Shown one piece after another: positions 50,080 through 59,028 of a stretch of 64,000 nucleotides of DNA. The stretch's first letter is position 1. The number at the start of each line of letters is the position of its first letter. Source of the DNA: an uncultured delta proteobacterium. GTDB taxonomy: Bacteria; Myxococcota; Myxococcia; Myxococcales; Anaeromyxobacteraceae. Location: assembly GCA_963845515.1 (NCBI GenBank), contig CAWJSR010000023.1, forward strand, positions 128,001-192,000, read 5' to 3'. The notes beneath the pieces were generated by a model that made no database searches, was not told where the DNA came from, and saw only the letters and a list, made by a program, of their open reading frames with translations. A program made the translations under genes and the position numbers.

Positions 50080-51444
50080 ATGGCCACGTCGACCACCCTC
50101 GACCTGATCGGCAACACCCCCGTCGTCCGCGTCGACCGGCTCGAGACCGGGCCGTGCGAGCTCTTCCTGAAGCTGGAGAGCCAGAACCCTGGCGGCTCCA
50201 TCAAGGACCGGGTCGGCCGCTCGATGATCGAGGCGGCCGAGCAGGCTGGCAAGCTCGGTCCGGGGCAGCGCCGCATCACCGAGGCGACGGCAGGAAACAC
50301 GGGGCTGGGGCTCGCGCTCGTCGCGGCGCGGAAGGGCTACCACCTGACGCTCGTAATCCCCGACAAGATGAGCCGCGAGAAGGTGATCCACCTGAAGGCG
50401 CTCGGCGTCGAGGTGATCATCACCCGCTCCGACGTCGAGAAGGGCCACCCCGCCTACTATCAGGACATGGCCGAGCGGATCGCCAGCGAGGACGGGTCCT
50501 TCTACGCCAACCAGTTCGGGAACCCCGCCAACCCGCTGGCGCACGAGCGGACGACCGGCCCCGAGATCCTGCAGGCCCTCGACGGCCGGATCGACGCGAT
50601 GGTCTGCGGCGTCGGCTCAGGCGGCACCATGACCGGGCTCTCGCGCTTCTTCGCGAGGACGGCCCCCACCTGCGAGATGGTCCTCGCCGATCCGGAGGGC
50701 TCGGTCCTCGCGGGCTACGTGAAGACCGGCAAGCTCGGGAAGGCCGGCTCCTGGCTCGTGGAGGGGATCGGCGAGGACTTCATCCCGCCGATCGCCGACC
50801 TGTCTCGCGTGCAGAAGGCCTTCACGATCACCGACCGCGAGAGCCTCCAGACGGCGCGCGACCTGCTCCGCGTCGAGGGGGTGCTCGGGGGCTCCTCGTC
50901 GGGGACGCTCCTCGCCGCGGCGCTCCGCTACTGCCGCGAGCAGTCCGTGCCGAAGCGGGTCGTCACGCTCGTCTGCGACAGCGGCAACAAGTACCTCTCG
51001 AAGCAGTTCGACGACGCGTGGATGGTCGATGCCGGCTTCGGCGCGCGCGAGGCGACGGGCGACCTGCGCGACCTCGTCACCCGCCGCTTCCTGGACGGGT
51101 CGGTGGTGACGGTGCAGCCTTCCGACACGCTCGCGATCGCCTTCGCGCGCATGAAGATCCACGGCGTCTCGCAGCTGCCCGTGGTGGAGGGGCAGCGGAT
51201 CGTCGGGATCGTGGACGAGTCGGACCTCCTCGCCGCAACGCTCGAGGACGAGGTGCACTTCGGCGACGCCGTGCGCGACGTCATGACGTCGCGGCTCGAG
51301 ACCGTCTCCCCCTCGACCCCCCTCGCGCGCCTGCTGCCGCTCCTCGCCGCCGGGATGGTGCCGATCCTGGTCGACGGAGATGCCTTCGTCGGGCTGGTGA
51401 CTCGGACCGACGTGCTCAACCACCTCCGTCGGAGGGTTCATTGA
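50080..51444 (+). CDS. Cystathionine beta-synthase (PLP domain plus CBS pair)
   Basis: NPGGSIKDR, TAGNTG, GSGGT, EGIGEDF, DSGNKYLSK, C-terminal CBS domains. Confidence 0.9.
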   Translation: MATSTTLDLIGNTPVVRVDRLETGPCELFLKLESQNPGGSIKDRVGRSMIEAAEQAGKLGPGQRRITEATAGNTGLGLALVAARKGYHLTLVIPDKMSREKVIHLKALGVEVIITRSDVEKGHPAYYQDMAERIASEDGSFYANQFGNPANPLAHERTTGPEILQALDGRIDAMVCGVGSGGTMTGLSRFFARTAPTCEMVLADPEGSVLAGYVKTGKLGKAGSWLVEGIGEDFIPPIADLSRVQKAFTITDRESLQTARDLLRVEGVLGGSSSGTLLAAALRYCREQSVPKRVVTLVCDSGNKYLSKQFDDAWMVDAGFGAREATGDLRDLVTRRFLDGSVVTVQPSDTLAIAFARMKIHGVSQLPVVEGQRIVGIVDESDLLAATLEDEVHFGDAVRDVMTSRLETVSPSTPLARLLPLLAAGMVPILVDGDAFVGLVTRTDVLNHLRRRVH

Positions 51445-52472
51445 CGCCGCCCACCGCCAGCGCGCTGTCCCACGCAGACGAGCCGTCGGCCTACGAGCCG
51501 AGGAGGCTCGGGCGTAACGGGCCGCTCGTGAGCCGGCTCGGGCTGGGGCTCGCCGCGCTCGGGCGCCCCGCGTACCACACGCTGGGGCACGACGCCGACT
51601 TCCCCGAGGGACGCGCCCCCGAGCAGCTGGAGCGGCGAACGCACGCCGTGCTCGACGCCGCGCTCGCGGCGGGGGTCCGCTACGTCGACGCCGCCCGCTC
51701 GTACGGCCGCGCCGAGGCCTTCCTGCGCTCGTGGCTGGAGAGCCGCCCCGTCGGTCGTGAGGTCGTCATCGGGTCGAAGTGGGGCTACCGGTACGTCGGC
51801 GACTGGAAGCTCGACGCCAGCGTGCACGAGGTGAAGGACCACTCGCTCGCCGGGCTCCGCGCGCAGGCGGCCGAGTCGCTCGCCCTGCTCGGCCCCTGGC
51901 TCTCCCTCTACCAGATCCACTCCGCGACCCCCGACAGCCCCGTGCTCGCCGACGGCGCCGTCCTGGATGAGCTGGCCAGGCTGAGGGACCGGGGGATCCG
52001 CATGGGCGTCACGGTCAGCGGCCCGTCGCAGTGCGAGGTCGTTCGCCGCGCGCTCGCGATCGAACGGGGAGGCGAGCCGCTCTTCGACGCGATCCAGGCG
52101 ACCTGGAACCTGCTGGAGCGCTCGGCGGAGCCAGCGCTCAGCGAGGCGCACGCCGCTGGGCGGGGCGTCATCGTGAAGGAGCCGCTCGCGAACGGGCGGC
52201 TCGGGCCGCGCGGGGACGCCGGCGCTGCAGGGCCCCTCGCGGAGGCGGCCCGGGAGGCGGGGAGCACCGTCGATGCGGTCGCGCTCGCCGCGGCCGCCGC
52301 CCAGCCCTGGGCCGACGTCGTCCTCATGGGCGCGGTCACGGTCGATCAGCTGCGCTCGAACCTCGGCGCGCTCGACCTCGAGCCGGACGAGGGCGAGCTC
52401 GCCGCGCTCACGGAGCTGCGCGAGGCGTCCGCGGAGTACTGGCGCCGCCGCGCCAGCCTGACCTGGAGCTGA
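51441..52472 (+). CDS. Aldo/keto reductase
   Basis: LGLGLAALGRP, DAARSYG, SKWGY, YQIHSA; TTG start overlapping the CBS stop. Confidence 0.85.
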   Translation: MTPPTASALSHADEPSAYEPRRLGRNGPLVSRLGLGLAALGRPAYHTLGHDADFPEGRAPEQLERRTHAVLDAALAAGVRYVDAARSYGRAEAFLRSWLESRPVGREVVIGSKWGYRYVGDWKLDASVHEVKDHSLAGLRAQAAESLALLGPWLSLYQIHSATPDSPVLADGAVLDELARLRDRGIRMGVTVSGPSQCEVVRRALAIERGGEPLFDAIQATWNLLERSAEPALSEAHAAGRGVIVKEPLANGRLGPRGDAGAAGPLAEAAREAGSTVDAVALAAAAAQPWADVVLMGAVTVDQLRSNLGALDLEPDEGELAALTELREASAEYWRRRASLTWS

Positions 52473-52500
52473 GGGGACGACGCACTCTCAGAGCGGGAGC

Positions 52501-52532
52501 TTGCTTGCGGTCTGCCTGTCCGCTATAACAGA
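52501..52532 (+). promoter_or_regulatory. Sigma70-type promoter with palindromic operator over the -10
   Basis: TTGCTT-17nt-TATAAC; TCCGCTATAACAGA at 52519-32; GTG start follows within a few bases. Confidence 0.68.
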
Positions 52533-52535
52533 CAC

Positions 52536-53195
52536 GTGGCAGTCATCACGGACATTGCGACCGCCAGTCACAGCCGCCCCACGGTCCTGATCCTCCCGGG
52601 CTGGAGGGGCTCCGGCCCGGGTCACTGGCAGACGGTGTGGCAGCGGGCTCGGCCCGACCTGCGCCGCGTGGAGCAGGCGAGCTGGAACGAGCCGCTGCTG
52701 GGGGACTGGGCCGAGCAGCTGGAGAAGGCCGTCCGCTCCGCGCCGTCCCCCGTCCTGCTCGTCGCTCACAGCCTCGCGTGCGCGCTGGTGGCTCACTGGG
52801 CGCGAGCCGGCTCCGTCGCGCGAGTGGCCGGGGCGCTGCTCGTGGCCCCCGCGGACGTCGACGATCCGTCGCTCGGGACGCCCCGGACCTTCTCGCCGAT
52901 GCCGCGTGAGCGGCTCCCCTTCCCCTCGTGGGTGGTGGGGAGCCGGAACGATCCCTTCGCGCCCTTCGAGCGGGCCGGGGCGCTCGCGCGTGCGTGGGGA
53001 GGTCAGTTCCTCGACGCCGGGATGAGCGGCCACATCAACGTCGAGTCGGGCCACGGTCCCTGGACGCGAGGCGCGGACCTGCTCGCCGCGCTGGAGCTCG
53101 AGCTCGCGCGTCGGATCGAGCGGCGACGCGCGGACGAAGCGCTTCATGCAGCGCACGGCGCGGCGCCGAGAGCCGCGAATGGAGGCCAGAGATGA
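52536..53195 (+). CDS. RBBP9/YdeN-family alpha/beta hydrolase
   Basis: PGWRGSGPGHWQ, AHSLAC, SRNDP, GHINVESG. Confidence 0.88.
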   Translation: MAVITDIATASHSRPTVLILPGWRGSGPGHWQTVWQRARPDLRRVEQASWNEPLLGDWAEQLEKAVRSAPSPVLLVAHSLACALVAHWARAGSVARVAGALLVAPADVDDPSLGTPRTFSPMPRERLPFPSWVVGSRNDPFAPFERAGALARAWGGQFLDAGMSGHINVESGHGPWTRGADLLAALELELARRIERRRADEALHAAHGAAPRAANGGQR

Positions 53196-53617
53196 AGATC
53201 CTCGTCGCAGACCAGACGGGAGCGCTCGCGCCCCCGTGCATCATCTTCCTGTCCTACTGGGGGCACGAGGTGGAGGTTGTGAGCGACGGGCTCGCCGCGC
53301 TACGCACAGCGCGGAGCTGGCGCCCCGATCTCGTCCTCGCGCCGGTCGAGCTGGAGCGGATGGACGGGCTCACGCTCGCGGCGGCGCTGCGCGCCGTCGC
53401 CAGGACGTCGCCGGTGGAGGTGGCGCTCGCCGGGCCGCCGAACGCGGCGGCGCGCGAGCGGGCGCTCGAGGTCGGCGCCGTCGCCTACCTCGAGACGCCG
53501 CTCTCCGTGGTGGCGCTGGCGCTGACGGTGCAGCGGGTCGAAGAGTCGAGGCGGCTCAGGGAGCCGAGGCAGCCGGAGGCGCGGGGACGCCAGGCCGGCA
53601 GAAGGGGGGTCGCCTGA
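53192..53617 (+). CDS. Atypical response-regulator receiver domain protein
   Basis: MKILVAD...DGLAAL...PDLVLAPVELERMDG; phospho-acceptor Asp and the KP motif are missing. Confidence 0.7.
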   Translation: MKILVADQTGALAPPCIIFLSYWGHEVEVVSDGLAALRTARSWRPDLVLAPVELERMDGLTLAAALRAVARTSPVEVALAGPPNAAARERALEVGAVAYLETPLSVVALALTVQRVEESRRLREPRQPEARGRQAGRRGVA

Positions 53618-54690
53618 TGGCGGAGCCACTTCACCCCGACACGCACGCGATCCACGCCGACGAAGGGATCGAGCCTGCGTCCGACGTCGCGCCGCCGATC
53701 CACGTCGCGACGACCTTCACGGCGGGCGACCAGGCGGGGACCTTCTACTCACGGATCGACCAGCCGACCCGCCAACGGCTGGAGGCGGTCCTCGGCGCGC
53801 TCGACGGCGGCGACGCCATCACCTACTCGTCTGGGCTCGCGGCGGTGACGGCGGCCATCTCGGTCCTGCGGCCGAAGCGGGTGGCGATCGGCCGCGGGGG
53901 CTACTTCGGCACGCACGGCGCCATCGACGCGTTCGTGCCGTGGGGGGTCGAGAAGGTCCCCCTGGATGCTCCCGTGGGGGAGGGGGACGTCATCTGGTTG
54001 GAGACGCCCCTCAACCCGACCTGTGAGCTGCAGAGCATCGCGGCTCACGCCGCCCGCGCGGCCGCGGCAGGCGCGCGGCTCATCGTCGACGGGACCTTCG
54101 CGACCCCCGTCCTGCAGCGGCCGCTCGACCTCGGGGCAGACCTCGTCCTCCACTCGACGAGCAAGTACCTGTCGGGCCACTCGGACGCCCTGGGCGGCGT
54201 GCTCGTCGCTCGCTCTCACGCCCTCTCGAAGCGGCTGCGGGACGCACGAACGTACGCCGGCTCCGTCCCCGGGACACTGGAGACCTGGCTCACGCTGCGC
54301 GGCGTGCGGACGCTGGGGCTTCGGGTCCGGCACCAGACGGCGACGGCGACCCGGCTGGCGGCCTGGCTGGAGCCGCGCGTGGCGAAGGTCTGGCACCCGT
54401 CGCTCCGCTCCCACCCCCAGCACGACCTGGCCGAGCGACAGATGCGCGGCCCGGGGCCGATGCTGTCGATCGAGCTCGCCGACGAGGAGGCGGCGCGCGA
54501 CCTTCCGCGTCACTTGAAGCTCTTCCGGGACGCGACGTCGCTCGGCGGCGTCGAGTCGCTCATCGAGTGGCGCTACAAGCTCGACAAGGAGGCTCCCCCG
54601 GCGCTGCTCCGCGTGTCGGTGGGGCTGGAGGAGCCGGAGGATCTCATCGCGGACCTGGCCCAGGGGCTCGCGAAGGTGGCCGCGCGATGA
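53617..54690 (+). CDS. Cystathionine gamma-lyase/synthase family enzyme
   Basis: [35 protein letters not shown]. Confidence 0.9.
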   Translation: MAEPLHPDTHAIHADEGIEPASDVAPPIHVATTFTAGDQAGTFYSRIDQPTRQRLEAVLGALDGGDAITYSSGLAAVTAAISVLRPKRVAIGRGGYFGTHGAIDAFVPWGVEKVPLDAPVGEGDVIWLETPLNPTCELQSIAAHAARAAAAGARLIVDGTFATPVLQRPLDLGADLVLHSTSKYLSGHSDALGGVLVARSHALSKRLRDARTYAGSVPGTLETWLTLRGVRTLGLRVRHQTATATRLAAWLEPRVAKVWHPSLRSHPQHDLAERQMRGPGPMLSIELADEEAARDLPRHLKLFRDATSLGGVESLIEWRYKLDKEAPPALLRVSVGLEEPEDLIADLAQGLAKVAAR

Positions 54691-55715
54691 CGGTCGAGGC
54701 GTCGGTCGTCGTCGGAGAGGGACAGGGGCTCCGCGCCGTGATGGAGCTGGTCGTGCGCGCGGCGCCGGCCGACGTCCCCATCCTCATCACAGGGGAGACG
54801 GGCTCGGGCAAGGAGGTGGTCGCCCGCGCCATCCACGAGCGCTCGTCCCGTGCGGCCGGGCCAATCATCCGGGTCAACTGCGGAGCGATCCCGACCGAGC
54901 TGGTGGACTCGGAGCTCTTCGGCCACGAGAAGGGGAGCTTCACGGGGGCCGTGGCCGCGCGGAAGGGATGGTTCGAGCGAGCCGACTCGGGGACCCTCCT
55001 CCTGGACGAGATCGGCGAGCTGACGCTGGCCGCCCAGGTTCGCCTGCTCCGCGTCCTGCAGGACGGCACCTTCGAGCGCGTCGGCGGGCAGCGGACCCTC
55101 TCCGTGAACGTCAGGATCGTCGCCGCGACCCACCGCGACCTGTCGCTCATGGTCGCGGCGGGCCAGTTCCGCAAGGACCTCTGGTACCGGCTGAGCGTCT
55201 TCCCCATCCACCTGCCGCCGCTGCGGGAGCGGACGGAGGACGTCGGCCCCTTCGCGACCCACTTCGCGGCGCAGGCGGGGACACGGCTCTTCGGCGCGCC
55301 CGTCATCCCGACCGAGGGGGACATCGCACTCCTGCAGGCGCACACGTGGCCCGGGAACGTCCGGGAGCTGGCGGCGGTGATCGAGCGGGCGGCGCTGCTT
55401 GGCGGCGGGCGGTCCCTCGCGATCGCGGCGGCGCTGGAAGGATCGGCGCAGATCGAGGACGTTCCGCGCTCGCCGATGCTGCTGCCGCCGCTGGCGCAGG
55501 CGCCGTCCGCCGCGCGGATCCCCACGCTCGACGAGGCGGTGACGGAGCACATCGAGCGGGCGCTCGCCAGCGTCGGAGGGCGGATCGAGGGGCAGGGCGG
55601 CGCCGCGGAGCTGCTCGGGATCAACCCGCACACGCTCCGGGCCCGCATGAGGAAGCTGGGGATCGACTGGGCTCGCTTCCGGGGTCGTCCCGGGCTTCGC
55701 TCGGTCGGGGGGTGA
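54687..55715 (+). CDS. Sigma-54 enhancer-binding protein lacking an N-terminal sensory domain
   Basis: GETGSGKE, ELFGHEKGSFTGA, LDEIGE, WPGNVREL, C-terminal HTH GAAELLGINPHTLR. Confidence 0.9.
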   Translation: MTVEASVVVGEGQGLRAVMELVVRAAPADVPILITGETGSGKEVVARAIHERSSRAAGPIIRVNCGAIPTELVDSELFGHEKGSFTGAVAARKGWFERADSGTLLLDEIGELTLAAQVRLLRVLQDGTFERVGGQRTLSVNVRIVAATHRDLSLMVAAGQFRKDLWYRLSVFPIHLPPLRERTEDVGPFATHFAAQAGTRLFGAPVIPTEGDIALLQAHTWPGNVRELAAVIERAALLGGGRSLAIAAALEGSAQIEDVPRSPMLLPPLAQAPSAARIPTLDEAVTEHIERALASVGGRIEGQGGAAELLGINPHTLRARMRKLGIDWARFRGRPGLRSVGG

Positions 55716-56853
55716 CTCCCCCGGCGAGCTGACGCCACGCGAGCCAGCCGAAGAGGGGCGCCAGCAGGAGGAAGACGCCCTGCGTGCCGAGGGCGCGACC
55801 GATCAGGCCGCCGAGCAATCCTCCCACCAGCCCCCCGGACGAGCCCGAGAGCGACTGGAGGCACGAAGCGGCGTCCTGTCCAACGCGGGCGCCGACCCGG
55901 GCGGCCCGGATCAGGTTCTCCATCTGGACGAGGCCGAGCCCAGCGCCGAGCAGGAGGCTCCCCGCCCAGAGCCAAGAGCCGCTTCGCGCCAGCCCGAGCA
56001 GCAGGAGCCCGACGACTGCGGACCCGTAGGCAGCGAAGACGAAGCGGGACCGGTCCCAGCGAGAGGCGAGCCCGCCCATCGTGAGGAGCACGATGACGAA
56101 GCTCGCGGCCTGCGCGCTCAGGAGCCCGGCCGCGGCCGGCGCGCCGAACCCGTGCCGCTGGATCGCGACCGGGATGATGAAGAACGAGAAGCAGGTGAAG
56201 GTCCCCTGGGCTGCGAACTCGGTCGCGGCGAGAGGAAGCGTCTCCGGGTCGGCGCCGGCGATCCTCAGCGCCGCGCCCATCGCGCCCTCCGCCGCCGGCT
56301 GCGCTCCGTCGAGCACGCCCCGCGCCGCCCACGCGGGAAGGACGAAGCTGGCGGCGACGAACCACCACGTGACTGGAAAGCCGAGCGCCGCCACCACGGG
56401 GACGGCGATCGACGGCCCGAGGACGAACATGCTCAGGAGGTGGATGCCGCGGTACCAGCCGGCCCGGGCGTTTCCCTCGAGGGCTAGCCGCTGCATCGTC
56501 ACGACGTTGGTCGAGACGAAGCGGAGCGGCATGCAGAAGCCCACGCCGGTGAAGCACGCGACGAGGAACCAGGGCTGACGCACCAGCGGCACCGCCGCGC
56601 ACGCGAGCCCCCCGAGCAGGCTGCCGCCGATGAAGGCGCTCGCTGGGCCGTGGCGCCGCACCAGCGCGCCGCTCGGCAAGCTCATCAGGACGAGCCCCAG
56701 GCTCTGGCACGCGGCCAGGAGGCCGAGCTCGGTCGGAGAGGAGTGGATCGTGACCGCGTAGAGCGACGTGGCCACCCGCGCCAGCCCCGTGCTGAGCCCC
56801 GCGAGGGCCAGCACCGCCAGGAACGGCGCGATGGGGTCGGCGGCACGCCTCAC
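55621..56853 (-). CDS. MFS transporter
   Basis: About 12 hydrophobic segments, PSGALVRRHG loop motif; last gene of the nitrogenase-like operon; 3' end overlaps the convergent gene. Confidence 0.78.
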   Translation of the reverse strand: MRRAADPIAPFLAVLALAGLSTGLARVATSLYAVTIHSSPTELGLLAACQSLGLVLMSLPSGALVRRHGPASAFIGGSLLGGLACAAVPLVRQPWFLVACFTGVGFCMPLRFVSTNVVTMQRLALEGNARAGWYRGIHLLSMFVLGPSIAVPVVAALGFPVTWWFVAASFVLPAWAARGVLDGAQPAAEGAMGAALRIAGADPETLPLAATEFAAQGTFTCFSFFIIPVAIQRHGFGAPAAAGLLSAQAASFVIVLLTMGGLASRWDRSRFVFAAYGSAVVGLLLLGLARSGSWLWAGSLLLGAGLGLVQMENLIRAARVGARVGQDAASCLQSLSGSSGGLVGGLLGGLIGRALGTQGVFLLLAPLFGWLAWRQLAGGVTPRPSEARDDPGSEPSRSPASSCGPGACAG

Positions 56854-56863
56854 AGCGACGCGC

Positions 56864-57670
56864 TCACGGGTCGTGCGGGAAGCCGGCGACGACGAAGCCA
56901 CCCCCGGAGACGTCGAGGCGGGTGCCGGTGACGAACGAGGCCTCGTCGGAGAGGAGCCACAGGATCGGCTTCGCCACCTCGTCGGCGGTCGCCGGGCGGT
57001 TGATCGGGATGGTGGCGCTCACCGCAGCGAGCGCGGCCGCGTCCTCGGTGGCGCGACGGGTCATCGCGGTGCGGGTGAACCCGGGGCGCACGACGTTCAC
57101 CCGGATGCCACGCGCCGCGACCTCCTTGGCGAGCCCCACGCTGAACGCGTCCACCGCCGCCTTGGAGGCGGCGTAGGCGGAGGCCCCGGGCCGACCGCCG
57201 ATGGTCGCCGCCATCGAGGAGACGTTGACGATGGCGCCGCCGCCCGCGCGCGCGTCGAACCGCTTCACGGCCTCGCGGCTCGCGATGATGGTGCCGGTGA
57301 CGTTGGTGGCCCAGAGGGCCGCCAGGTCGGCCGCCGCGAAGCTCGAGATCGGGCCGTGCTTCCCGCCGATCCCGGCGCTGTTCACGAGTCCAGCGAGCGC
57401 GCGCCCGGCGAAGCGGGCGTCGACCTCGTCGAAGAGCCGGACGATCTCCTCCTCCTCCGCGACGTCTGCTCCGAAGGCGTGGATCTCGGCGCCCTTGGCG
57501 CGCAGCTCCGAGACGAGCGCCTCGGCCGCGGCGCGCTGGGAGCGGTAGGTGATGGCGACGGGGATGCCGCGGGCGGCGGCGTGGCGCGCCACCGAGGCGC
57601 CGATGCCGCTGGAGCCGCCGGTGACGAGGATGGGACCGGGCGTCGAGCCCTTGCGAGTGCAGTCGGTCAT
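56864..57670 (-). CDS. Short-chain dehydrogenase/reductase
   Basis: TGGSSGIG, NSAG, YAASK, VRPG. Confidence 0.92.
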   Translation of the reverse strand: MTDCTRKGSTPGPILVTGGSSGIGASVARHAAARGIPVAITYRSQRAAAEALVSELRAKGAEIHAFGADVAEEEEIVRLFDEVDARFAGRALAGLVNSAGIGGKHGPISSFAAADLAALWATNVTGTIIASREAVKRFDARAGGGAIVNVSSMAATIGGRPGASAYAASKAAVDAFSVGLAKEVAARGIRVNVVRPGFTRTAMTRRATEDAAALAAVSATIPINRPATADEVAKPILWLLSDEASFVTGTRLDVSGGGFVVAGFPHDP

Positions 57671-57677
57671 GGACGCC

Positions 57678-58997
57678 TCAGACCTGGGGGAACTTCCACT
57701 GGGGGAGCCGGCCGCCGACGGCCTCGCCGGCTGCGATCCGGAAGGCGTCGTGCGTCGGGCTGCTGTTGCCGAGCGCGCCGTAGAGCTGCGCCGTGGTGTA
57801 GCCGTGCTTCGCGAAGATGGCGGCGACCTTCAGCGTCAGGTCGTAGTGCCAGCTGGCCTCGGGCGTGCGGTGCCCCTCCAGCGCCGAGCCCGGGTTCGGG
57901 CACCACTGCCCCGCGAAGCAGATGACCCCCCTCGAGGCGAGGTGCTCGACCCCCTGGAGGATCGAGTCCTTCGGCTCGATCCCGGCCACGATGTTGGAGC
58001 GGACGTTGCCCCGGCCGAACACCTCGGCCGCGCGCTCCAACGCCTTGACCCAGTGGTCCCAGCCGCCGCAGCGCTTCTGCTTGCCCGGGCAGATGGCCTT
58101 GAAGATGTCGCGATCCCAGATCTCCAGGTTCATCGCGAGCGTCGTGTAGCCGGCCTCGCGGTACTTCTCGAGGATCGACAGGTCGAGCGGAGCGCCGATC
58201 ACCGCCGTGCCGTGGATCTGCTTCACGCCGGTCCGCGACTTGATCTCGTCGGCGACGTCCAGGTAGTACTCCACCTCCCGCCGCTCAGGGATGAAGCCGC
58301 CGGTGACGTTGATGTGGTTGGCGAGGTTCAGCTCGTACGCGGCCGCGTAGACCTCGGCCACCTGTCGTGGCGTCTTGAGGAAGATGTTCTGCTTCCGGTA
58401 GGCGTCGGCCGTCGAGTTGATGTTGCAGTATCGGCAGTCGTCGCCTGTCTGCTTCAGGTCGCACTCGTTGCTGAAGAAGACGCCGATGCCCCCCTCCGGC
58501 GTGAAGTTGGCGATGTGGTCGAAGCCCTCGCCATCGCTCGTCTTGAGGTCGAGCAGCTTCGGCCGCTTGTAGAACTCGATGTCGGCGACCCGCTCCCCGT
58601 CCCGGTGGAGGACCGGCTTCCCCGAGTCGGCCTGGAGCCGGTAGCGGGAGTCGGGATCCCAGCGGAACGCGGTGAAGAGCCCGTGGGGCAGGTAGAACGC
58701 TGCCGGCAGCTCGAGGTCGCCGTGGTGCGCCTTGTCCATGTCGAAGAGCAGGTGGATCTGCTCCAGGTTCTCCGTGCCGATCCGGAACTGCCGGAGCGCC
58801 TCGCGGTCGAAGGCGATCCCCTCCACGCCGAGGGCGAGCTTCAGCTTCAGCTCCTCGAGCAGCACGCGCCGGGCGTCCTGCGCCCCGTCGGACGTCACCT
58901 CAGTGGTCTGGGTCTTCTGGCAGCTGGACGTCCCGCTGCAGCCGGTCCGGGCTCGGGCGTTGGCGGCGTTGGGCAGGGTCGTGACTGATTCGGTCAT
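57678..58997 (-). CDS. Radical SAM protein, non-canonical CX8CX2C (paralog 2)
   Basis: SNECDLKQTGDDCRYCNIN, TGG motif, NLEIW, CPGK, SNIVAGIE. Confidence 0.85.
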   Translation of the reverse strand: MTESVTTLPNAANARARTGCSGTSSCQKTQTTEVTSDGAQDARRVLLEELKLKLALGVEGIAFDREALRQFRIGTENLEQIHLLFDMDKAHHGDLELPAAFYLPHGLFTAFRWDPDSRYRLQADSGKPVLHRDGERVADIEFYKRPKLLDLKTSDGEGFDHIANFTPEGGIGVFFSNECDLKQTGDDCRYCNINSTADAYRKQNIFLKTPRQVAEVYAAAYELNLANHINVTGGFIPERREVEYYLDVADEIKSRTGVKQIHGTAVIGAPLDLSILEKYREAGYTTLAMNLEIWDRDIFKAICPGKQKRCGGWDHWVKALERAAEVFGRGNVRSNIVAGIEPKDSILQGVEHLASRGVICFAGQWCPNPGSALEGHRTPEASWHYDLTLKVAAIFAKHGYTTAQLYGALGNSSPTHDAFRIAAGEAVGGRLPQWKFPQV

Positions 58998-59028
58998 GGC
59001 GTTCTCCGTTCGAGGTTGGGTGGGGGGG

